NCBI GenBank assembly: GCA_977030845.1
Contig: OZ365116.1
Span: 18,662,001 to 18,726,000 of the forward strand
Direction of reading: 5' to 3'
Length of the DNA: 64,000 nucleotides
From: Fimbriosthenelais zetlandica
Lineage: Eukaryota
Part shown: positions 27,101 through 39,100 of the stretch, one piece after another
Layout of the letters: each line of letters starts with the position of its first letter
Numbering within the stretch: position 1 is the stretch's first letter
Position numbers and translations under genes: made by a program
Notes under the pieces: generated by a model
Databases searched by the model: none
Told to the model about the DNA's origin: nothing
Seen by the model: the letters and a program-made list of their open reading frames with translations, nothing else

Positions 27101-30100
27101 ATTCCTGACGCATTTTTAATTCAGTAGTGAGAGGCGGAGTGGGTGAGAGGAGATGAGATAAATTGAATGGGAGCCTTATTGAGCTAGTGTAGGTTTACAA
27201 GGCTAGGCAATGCTCAATTAAAGGGGCGGGATGGGGTGGGGTGGCCTCCACTGCCTGGCCTGATTACCAAGCTTGTACTTTATCACCTGGCCTACACCAA
27301 TACCAATAGCTACTGCTCCTCACGAACATGTGTCCCTACCAAATACCATCCTAGGGTAACTCTTTTCCCCCACAGGCAAGATTTCATGGTGATTTAAGCC
27401 TTTCTTATTCACTATTCCCCGGGTTTTGTGGCATCCATATGAGGAAGTCTAGAATGTCCAGAACTGATGCTATCCATATTTTTTTCTTTTTATCTTGAAT
27501 TCTTATTCTGTGGGGACCGGGGCCATTGTAGCCTGCATGACTTGGGTGAGTGAGTGGCGCTATTCCTTATCAGTGTGACCTTTTAACGAAGGTGTTTTTG
27601 ATACAGCAGGTGGGGAATGATTGGAGAGGAGCCCCGGAAAATTATGTCCCAGCCATTACTCATGGAAAGAAATAGCTCTTTGCTGCACAGAGGCTTGTAG
27701 CCATGATTATTCATCTCAAGATGGAGGATAAGATTCAGCTGAGACTGAGATATATGGTGACTTTTTATCAGACACCGATCAGGCGGCATCGCAGAGAAAT
27801 ATAGCAGGAGAATCATTGATAGACTTGGCTCGTGTAATGAATGGTTAGGGATAGAACCAGAGATGGCCAATCCCAAATCACATATATTCCCCCCTCATAT
27901 GTACATCTATATTAGTTTTGATTTCCTCCTTTAATCACTTCTGTATTTTTTTCAGGTACGTGAGCGTTCATTTACTGTCGCTGAACTGTATTCCATGTAA
28001 GTTCCTCCCATTTTTTACTATTTTCTCTTCCATGAAATGTGTTTTTGTTGAAACTGAAATAAGGGCAAACAGTTATGCTGTTGTTAAAATTATGACTTTA
28101 AAGTCAAAGTATCCCCAAAGGGGCTATAGGTCCTTTCCATTGAAAGGCAGCAGTGCATTGACTGTGAGTTTAACGTGTAGAGTGATGTATGGTCTCTGGG
28201 ACATGAAGCTTTATTGAAATGTCCCTGTGTGGATGACCCATGTAGGACGGTGTGTATTATATCACTGAGCTCTACAAATGTCCCTATTTTACATATCTAG
28301 GTCAATAGTTCCCATAAAGGCTGAGATTTATCACACCATTTCACTAATACTGCCAATTCACCACCATCACCCCCAAGATGATCTGCTATCATTCCAAATA
28401 CTGGAGGTCTCTATAGAGTAGAGCAATTGGTGACATTTTCATCATACTGGATCATTGGGCAGTGGAACTAGAAGCCAACATCCTTGAAAAGGGGCTCATC
28501 CCTCAGTGGGATGTATAGATGCCTGTGTATGAGGCGGTCTCATTAACCTGAGGTCGATGATTAGGATCATCTTCCTCCCTCCTCACAACATCTCTCACAA
28601 TATTAATCCAGCCACATGAACATTAGCGATGAAAGGACTGTCTGACTCAATTAAATACTTGCAGAAATTGACTTAATTTGTGAACATTCATGGTATCTGT
28701 TCTCCTGATTAAACTGTAGCAGCTATAGCCATGTTTCCTATTTCTATATATGTTCATTCTGTTAATCTGTATGTTGAGAAATATATGAGAATTTTCAACC
28801 TGCCTAGTGGCGAATGTTATCTAAACATAATACCCTCCCTCGTAGCTCTGTACCAGAGGTCTCGTGCGGGTCGCCATCATATTTGCCCACATTGGAGTCA
28901 ATGGACATACACAATGGTCCCCATTGACATGACTTAGTGCATTGCCTGTGTCAATGACTACCATATGTCATCGTGTTTGAAGGCATTACCTTACTATGAC
29001 AGTCTTATTTCCCTGACACTACCAGAACCCTGTCTTGTCAGGCCACTGTAATATGTGTCCCTCCCTTGAGTCGTAAGTTTCACCTTTCTGCTTTCCATTA
29101 TAGTCAGGATCACTGTAGAAAGCTTGGCTGAATGTGGGCAGACTTTCATTTGCGGATAGAGAGCGGACATTAACCCAGATTCCCTGGTCATCATTAGAAG
29201 CCTGCGTACTGTCACCTTCTCGGCTCTGTGCTCTTCCGTGCATATTGATTGATGACATAAAAGCCTGTCTGGCTGGTTATGACCCAGCACCTGGGGTTTG
29301 TCACATTCCCCTTTTGTCCTGCTCACTTTATTTATAAAGACTCGACTCTATATAAGATGCATCTTGTATTTTATGGTATGTCAAAGGCCAACAGGAAGCA
29401 GTTGGAAACCCTTATCCTGAGATGAAGGTTGCATCCGCTGTCCCTTCTACTGCCTGCACTGAAAGTCATGTAACATCCATTGGTTCTCGTGATCCACAGG
29501 CCTGGTTCTCATTTAAATTGCCTTGAAGTCCTGCCTCTGTCTTAATACGAGCTCATTGGTGTTAATAAGCTCAAATTGCGGGAGAAAGTCTTTGATTTTG
29601 AAAGAATACCATCACGTGTGGATGCGGTCCAATTTTAGCAGTTCTTGAGCTTGATCTTGTTTAATGTGAGGCGAGAATTACACTGAGGTGCCCCGTATAA
29701 ATATTGTTGAGGATGCCTGTTTTATATAAAGGCCACATTTGCATTCGAATTTGCCTTTAGGCTGACAGTCTAATGTAGGCCAAGTACATTAACGGGTTCT
29801 ATGAATTTTTCATTGACATTTAAAAGGTATTCCATTATATGCAAGTTAAACATTTTATATTGGTTACGTGCAGGGTGTATGGACATACCTTGCTACATTG
29901 TGCTCATTCTTACCTCCTGCACTTGTCGATTAAATAATCATACAGTTTTCTGCAGGACTTAATGCCAATAATGGCAAACATACCCTTGTTCAAATGGAGC
30001 CACTCACGGAAGACAAGGTTGTAAATATGTGCTGTAATCAAGTAATGTTTCTTGAGATTGAGTGGGACGAAGACATTGAAGATTTCATTACCAGGTCCTA

Positions 30101-33100
30101 ATTCACCCACCTCCATCAAGTGAACTGGTGTAATCATCCCTCATGTAATTATATCAACCATACTCCCAGGTAAACACGGAGGAGTCATCTAATTGTCATT
30201 CTAACGACCATAATAATATTAAGTTGAATTATGAGTGAGTAAACTGCACAGTAAACTGACTACTTGATGAAGTAGGGGCTTCTTATGAATAGAGATAGAA
30301 TGATATCCCATTAGCCTAAGCTCATTGTATGAGGAGTTGACATTCAAAATGGTGAGCATTTACTTTGAGGTTACCCCACTAATCCTGCATGCAGATTGCT
30401 ATAAATAGAGGCCTAAACGGGCCTATTTTTGTCACATATTCGATACTTTCAAAAGTGTCATCTTTGCCATGCAGGTTTGGTCAAGACAATGCCTGTGGTT
30501 CTCTATTCCCCTCCTTTTTGGCATTTTATCAGGTTTCAGTGGCTTCCACTGAAGAGGAGACATTTCAGCCTAATTATTTGGCCTATTAACCTTAGCTTTA
30601 AGCCGTATTCCATAACCGTGAGTAGTATAGCAAGTAGTCTAGGTGACTGGTACATTCATATTCATCAAGCTAGCTACTCAGTCAATGGCCGTCATGGCGG
30701 CACAGTCGCTCAACCACCAACAGGGACTATTTCCTCCAGCTGAATGGTTAGGGCAAGTGCAGGTGTGATGAGGTTATTTATACGGTGCTGTATTAATGCG
30801 CTGGTTGTGGGCATGATAGGATAAAAGCCCTTCCCCTCTGTTATCTCTCGTCTACCAGATGGTAGACTGATCTTGTAATGGTAGATATTACTGCCGTCAC
30901 TGCCATCATATGGCTGTATTCACACCCGACACCCACCACAGACAAAGCCATCTTATCACTGGTCATATCTGCATATTACTCTGACCTCGTGACTGATTAA
31001 ATGTTGCTGTCCACCCGCAGTATATAATAGATCATTTGGTAACATCTATCTTCATGAGAAAATATCAGCCAGAAAAACCTCTATCGTACCATACATAGTT
31101 GACCGTGTACCTCACAAGTTATATATCCTTATTAAGATGTCGCAATGCTAATAAGTCTGCCTATTTCTATTGTATAGATGATTTAACATGGACAAATATT
31201 GCCAATAAGCCTAACATACGTAATAATAAATACGCGAAATAATTCGGCATGCATGGGAATGCTGACTATCCATCCAAATACAGATGGACACTGCACAGAA
31301 TACAGAAATTATCATCAACATTTTCCTGGCCCCAACTGATAGTCCTTCATCCTCCTTTCTTGGGATAACTCAAGCCCCATATATCCCTTTTGGCAAAAGA
31401 ATCCTTTGAATTCATGTAAAAATTATGCAAAGGAGATAAGGGGAGCTAAAGCCTTGACACAGAACTGGGCTGGCCATAGCCTTTGGGTGTCATCTTGGCT
31501 CGGCCCACCACTCTGATCTGTCAGGATTGGGCCTTGTGAGTGACCAGACTTTTATGTATATTATTCCCATGACTAATATCATATGTGACGGCTGGACCAA
31601 GTGGGAGCTTTCCCTTCAACAAAAGACGCCCCAAATATGCCAGTCCACCTGGACCGACCTGTTCATCACTAAAGTCTCTCCCAGCTTCTCCCTTTAGTCT
31701 GAAAAAGTCTCCCATTTTTTCCAACTGCAGGCAGGTCTGCAGGAAGATCTTTCCTAGAAGTGTTTTTAATTAATGGGAGGTGGACGACTAATTGTCTGTA
31801 GGGTTTTAAGCCAAGTGTGACTTGTTTTCTGTCATTTTTTCGTTTTGCTGGTTTTTATGCCTCATTCGGTGGGACACGGGGAAAATCTGTGTCGAGCTTA
31901 GTGTGTGTTTCACGTGAAAAAATAAAGACGTGACAAGCTTTAATTCCTTTGGAAAATGAAATCATTTTGACGGGGTTTGTTCATAACAATGTGGATTTCA
32001 GTTTGCTGACATAAGGGCTGCTCACGTCCATGGCATTTTTCAGAGTGACTTAAAACATGTGTGTACTGAATTATGAATTAGTAATCTGCTGTATCGATCC
32101 AGGGACGTCATCTCCTATGCACAATGTCCTCTGCTCTGACCAGGAGATTAGCCACATGCATACTGATTTTATATCACTGCTAGTCCTGTCAGTTGATAGG
32201 GCAATGATATGGCAGGCCTAAAATTGAGTCACATTCCTAGCAAGGCACTCGCTTGGCCTGTCATATGGCCGGGCGTTTGACCCATGAAATGACAATTCCA
32301 ATAAGCAATTATGATGAGGACAAAAAGTTTTCGGTGATGGTATGGTTTGAGTGTTGATGAGGCTGATATATCCTCCACCACCACACACTGACTTCACATA
32401 GCTTCCCCTCCTCTATACTTCCATTCCATTTGATGTCAATGCTTAGATAGCTAGAGTGTGAAAGATACTTAAAAGGGATTGCTATGCTTCATGTCACTAG
32501 CGATCTAGTGTATGCATATGTTTATGACAGGGACCATTCTGCTCCTCCTGAGCACAACCTCTCTGTGACATGCATCACAACTATGACTGGCCATTCATAC
32601 CTCCCCGCCCATCACAAACACACCGACACAAGGCTTTCACGGCCTGGCGTTCCCCATTCACAGCGCTAGATGACTCTCAGTCGTGTGCATCACCAGTAAA
32701 TGACATATGCCAATTGATGGTCAATACCTCCTGTCTTCAGGTGCTTTTCAAATATGGTTCCATTTGAAAACCAGCCAGTCAACAATAATTGTGTTCAAAT
32801 GTCAACTGACTGACTGTGAGATTTGGATCTGACAGCATTGTGTGTAAAGCTTCCACTGATATGATCACTGCAGTGAAAGAGTAGTTTAAACTTTCATTAA
32901 GATGCTAGAAACATCTGACTTTAAATAGAATCACTTTTCAGAACTCCTGAATACTTTTCAGAACTCCATTGCAGTGTGTTTAATTTACTGTCAGCGCTTT
33001 TAAATGCCTCTTTGGAAAGTTTTGTCTTCCTGTTGAGATTTTAATCTGAAAAAGTGCTCTCATGACCAACCGGTTGATACTACAGCGGTAATCTGGCCAT

Positions 33101-36100
33101 GGTATTACATGCGTTCATTCTAGTCTGACGGTTTCAAATGTTTTTGTAATGTGAATCTCGCGAAATTAATCATATCGGGTGACTGGCAGGTTCAGTGTCT
33201 CCAGTGGCTTTGTGAAGAGCTGCAAATCATTGGGAAATGAATCACCAAGTTTAGTTGTAAATGAAGTGCATATCTGTTATTGCCTTACATGATTGGAACT
33301 CAAATAAGTCATTGAAGTGTTTGGAGAGTCATATAGACCTTCAAATCACTGCCCTTCTGTGTAAATGTAAGGTGTTGTTGTCACTCAGCAATCTAATTGT
33401 TGCCTGATATTTTTCGTTGCCTCATAATAACTTTTCCCGTGCTTTTAAGGTGATGAAAGGAACGAGTCCTAATCATAAATATCATGCAAGAAATTACAGA
33501 TTTATATTCTCGTTTTACCTGGAATCAATGAGCAGCAGCTTTGTTATTATGAATCTGTTTGGCATTAACTTCTTGACAGCCCTGATTCCGTTCCCTTGTG
33601 ACTCATTTTTGCTATTGTCAAAGGTCCTGATGCCCATGGCCCCTAATCTCTTATGGCTGCCTTTCTCTCTTATGAGGTTTTTGGGAATGCAGGCTGACAG
33701 CAGTGAAGAAAGCTAAGACAAAAGAATGTTGTTCCATCTCTGGGGTCATCATAAAAGCCTGGCCTTGTGCCCGCCTCCCTGCTCCAAGCTTTGAAGTCAG
33801 AATTCAGTTGTCTGAACGTTCCAATACCTTTTTCCTCCCACGTTTTCAAATCTATTTTAATTAAATGGTCCAACATTCAGAGGCGACTACAATGGTTAGC
33901 TTTCGCTAGACGTTCCTTCCTCTAGTTATCCTACTTGGCAAAATGAGCATGGGCATATTTTAAGGCGCAGCCCATTTGTCAAGCAAATTTAGCAAAATAA
34001 ATCATTTTGCTTTCGTTAAGGACAGTTCAGTTCCAGAGCAACAGCTAAATCAATGCAATTTTAATTAGAACTGCAAGTAAAAGAAGTTAAGCAAAATGCT
34101 TGTCATATGAGGACTGCTAAAATGACTTATAGTTCCGGGCTTGGAAGCACAGCTATATATTTTATACTTGTGTAGATGTGACCGACCCCGGTTCACATAT
34201 GACTTCATCACATACAATTATCTTCATAAGACGTACTTGAAATGACGGGAGAGGAAGATTTCACCGGCTGAGAACACCATCTCAAGTGGATGTTTCTCTA
34301 CATACTGGATGAGCTCGGGTAGTCAGGTGGACACTCACTGTGTTATTAGAAAGGATTTAACTGTCAGTCCTGTCTCAGGGGGCTGCAGGCCCACACTGAT
34401 GTATGTTAGTCAAGGGCTTTAATCCTTCTCTCGTTTCAAGAAGACACGTTAACACTAATGTCAACCTCTCAACCTCTGAGCTGGCCAGAGTGCATTAAGT
34501 GGATGCCTTCCTTCACAGAGCAAATGGATGCTGGGTGCATTAAACAGTCACAACATAACATTAATCGCTAAGCCTTTCCTGTTTATGATGGGATGTTATG
34601 TCATACTTTCAATAACATAATTTAATAACAAAATGTTCTTATTTAATCTAGAAACGTCGCCCACTCATTGACAAAGTTTTGCAAGATAAGCTTTTTTTGG
34701 TCATTCCTCCAGTTTACTGCCATATGGAGAATGAGATCCGGCCATATTGCATATATCTGTTTCTGTTACTGGACATAAGGAATATCTATGAGGCACAGGG
34801 GAAGTAAAAAAAGACTTCATGAAGTCCCGCTTTGCTTTTTCTGTTGGCCCCAGCCGGCCCTTGGAAAAAAACACATCTGGTCGAGATTGAGAGCCGTCAG
34901 ATTGATGGCATATCAGATCAAACGTCTGTGGCATATGACCACCTTCTGAATGGATGTGGATCGGCTGGCTGGCAACTCCAGCCCGGTCCACCAATCTTAT
35001 CATGTGAGATTATGGAAGTCAATGAATTGTGTTGCTGGGTTCTGGGCTACAGATAGTTACACTGTTGGGTGACTATCCTTCACCAAACTGACTGCCCTGG
35101 CGCATGCATGCTCCTACTAAAACTTCCTGTCTTGGCATTCATGCCCATTTATAAATCTCTGCTCATATTCAGTTTAAGGTCATTTTTCATGGCCTTCTGC
35201 CCACTCCTTCTTACCTCCTGTCTCACAGATCTAGTACTTCATCCCCTGCCCTCCGTCTTCTCTTGTCCAAATTACCTTTTTTACCCACTCGCTTACCTTT
35301 ACAATTCATCTATCACTCACCCACTCCATCATCTACTCACTTAGCTATGAGTCACTTCCTCCTAACCATATTACCTACCAGCATCACTCACTCATATGGT
35401 TCTTCACTCATCTGCTCTACCTCACCCACACATTGTATGGAGGGTCCATTTCTCCTTGTTCACTCCTTGCCACTTGCAGCTAAACCCTGTCACCTCACCC
35501 TGCTTTGTAAATCTATTTTCCGTCACCTGCCTCCCACCTTATAACGTGATAGTCAGTGGCCGGCTGTGATACACGGGGCTGGGTCCGTGAATTTAATATT
35601 TCACCAGCTTGCTTTATGTGGTATTGAAATGGTTAGGGCCGTCCAGAGATGAGGCCCTGTGAGTAGATAATAGCAGTTGGAAGCTTGACCCACAGGCAGC
35701 ACCTGGGGACCTAACTCTGTCTAACAGACTGCTAGTCTTCATGGGAGCTGACAGGGCTGCTTCTATGGGATTATTAGTGGATGCATGCAATAGCTGCAGT
35801 ATGAGTGTATGATTTAGATCTATCCTGACCTTCTGCAATGCAATGCCTGTGCTCCTCTCAACTGCCCCCCGCCCTCAGTCGTGCCATTTACTGCTTTGAA
35901 GCTTTATCCATTTGACATGATTCGCATATCACTCTGTAACATCAGTAGACTCTACAGATGGTTTAATTACCAATCTAACCAGAGCAAGCGTTGACCATCT
36001 AATTTCATCGCTTGTCATTTTTGGAACCTTTCTCAACTTAGATGTTCCAGTCTAGAGAGCGAGGATTGTGTCACCTATGAGGGGTTGAAGGTCTGGGTTC

Positions 36101-39100
36101 ATAAGGCCAGGACCTCAATAACATGGGTCAGTGGGTCTAGCTTGGTCCGTTCCTGGTCATAATGAAACGTTTCAATATTAATTCTCCAGCTAGTGCTTCC
36201 CCGCACTTTATAGGGTGACTACATCTAAGCTTCCCCATGGGACGCAAAACCTCATAAAAAAATCCGCCTGCCTTGTGAATGGCCTGGGGTGATAATTCAT
36301 AGCTGTTTCTTCTCCCAGCCCCTGGACGGTTAATAAGTCCATAAAAGAGAATTTTCCTGAATAATAGAGGAATACCAGGTCTAAATAAAGCCTGGCATGA
36401 AACAAACGATCTTCATTAGCAAATGCTGTGTATTAGTTGCAGTGAAGTGAAGTTGACACTCGCTCGTCCTTCACCACGTGATGAATGCTCTCACTCATCA
36501 GCTCTAATTAAATCTGAATTTCAAAAAACCCCACCAATAAAAATAACCTGTGCAAACATGGCTTCAATTTGTTTGAGCTGAGGACTTCTGGTTGCTCATT
36601 CCATTCGTTCCAGCCCAGCAGAGATTCACCATGCTTGAATGTTTAATTCCTCTTGGAATGATTTATTTAAGTGCTATCACATTTCATGGCTTGGAAAGCA
36701 CACAATTTCTCTTTTTATCATGATCTCAGTGAAAACAATCTCCCCTTTATCAAGGCCGTTAATGCTAGACTGATGTATCATACAAAGATAAAATATCGCT
36801 ACTATTTACAAAAATAGTAAAAACCGCATCTGTGTCCCACATTATTTCTTGTTCATATTGACGCCATTGGTAAATGTTTTAATTAGCCAGTGAGGGATGA
36901 AGCCTATATAAGGGCAACAGCCGAGTTACTTGCTCGTCTGTTGCCATAGGGTAAATCATTCACAAAAGGCCCACATACACCGCTTTTACCAGCTTTATAG
37001 AAGCCTTCCATTAAATGCCTGTGCTGTATTTCTCTCTTCATCAAAGCGATTAAGGAGGTCAGCTGTACATGCCAGCAACTGGCCTCCAGTTAATCTGTGA
37101 CAAGGAAGACTAGCGTGATCTGGTGACGGTTTAGAAGCCATGTGAAGGACACGTTTCCCCCATTTGCTGGGTCTCTGTGGACAGCTTCTGAAGTCTATGA
37201 GAAGAGATTAGAGAAGTGAAACAGACAAAGCTGGGTTACCTCCCCAACAAAGGCGGGGAGGCTAGCGGGTAGGGGAAGACGGGAACAGGGCTATACGGCC
37301 AGAGAGATCTTAGCCTGCGAATCATTGAAAGAGAAAAGAAAAGGTATGGAGCTTGAAATTCGATTAACGTCCAAAGTATTTGAAGCTTGCTGACAAAGCT
37401 GCCTCCCGGAGACCACCTCCATGCATACTAACTTGAAGGTGTGGACGTCTTTACCCGGATTGTGGGATACCAGGAAAGCATTTTAAATATCACTGAGAGA
37501 GAAAAAGAAATGGCAGCAGTTTGGTCGCTGCTCATATTCTCAGGCTTTGTAATGTAATATCTTTACTGTCTTTGTTTGCTATGAAACCCTGAGTAAATAT
37601 CACAGTGCTCGCAACAGATTGATGGTACGTGTATTAGTGTTGTGCTTTAGATGATCGTATTATATTATTCAGTATTGATGTGATGGTATTGGATGCACGT
37701 TCATCGTATATATGCATAAGCATTGCAATAACTGATTCATTTACTTGTCTTCTGAGCAGTGAAAGAAACCACTTGTTTAGCATTGATAATACAATCAATG
37801 AATAGGATGAAATCCTCTTAGCCAAGGAACCATCGGACATTCAAAACTTAAAGCAGCTGTGAGACAAAAATCAGATAGTGTTTCATTGCATTTCTGTGAG
37901 TGAAATATTGGATTAGTGACAGAGACTAAGATGATTTACATGAAAAGTTTAATCACGCACATCTCATCTCGTGTTTCCGACCATCCCTTCTTCTGTAGCC
38001 TTTGAGGTAGAAGGATATTAGAAAGGCAACCTTTGAGGTCTCGGCCTCCAAAGCATTGACTTATTCAAATCAAAATCACTCCTTTTCGAAAATGAAATCT
38101 TCAAGAGCAGCCTATGCTTTTGTTTGGAGCAGCCAATAATCCAATTTTTAAGCTTAGATACTAAAGTAATCTTGGTAGCAATTGCTGTTCGGAACTGAAC
38201 TGGTAAATCTTTAAAATTTTGATAACTGCCTCTGTTGGATGGGATCCGTTGCCTTTGGCAGTGAGCGAATCATTTGCCCCAAACTAATGGTTTCAGTTCC
38301 TTTAATCAAAATAGATGGCCATGTTTTCTAGAATGTGGTCATGCTCAACCAAATGATTGCTCAGTAATGGCCCGCAGTTTAAAACCGGAATTTGGGTCAG
38401 AAAATGAAAAAAACACAGCAGAGGAGAAGGGAATAATTGGGGGTCTCGATTGGGATTGTTAACGGCCTCTGTGCCCGAGGGAAAGAGCATTTAGTGTTCT
38501 GTCGCAATTCCCTAATCACTTAGATTTTCATTAACCTTTAAATGTTTTGCATTGTGGATTAATTTTTGATTCCCTCCTTAATAATCTAAAATTCCCCTTT
38601 TTCCAGAGTTTCTCATGGCATAATCCATTGATTAGATAGGAAAGATCATGACAAGAATCTCCCTTTTCATTGCTGTGTGTTGTTTGCTGGGAAATACTGA
38701 TCCCACTGGGTGCTGAGACGATGATGACAAATGGAACACAAGACCCAACTTCCTTGGGATCCAGATTGGAACCAGTCGGATGGTGGGACAGAATGATTGC
38801 AAAATGAATACTGAATTCAAAGAAAATTGTTTATGACGCAGAAGCCATTGGGTGGAAAACCCTTCTTGACACAAGCTCGCACAAATGGCAATTACTAGTG
38901 TATCTGGCTGCGGTATATTGTTTTTTGTCTTTAGCCGGGTATTTGATGATGTGTGGCTGTCTGCATTTGTGATGCAGAAGCTGGGATAGTGATGTCAGGT
39001 GAGACGTATAGTATGGCCACTGGGGGGCGCTGTCCCTGCACCCCGACCAATGGAGGGCGATATATAATGCATTATAACGAGGAAGACTAGGCGCCCTCAC

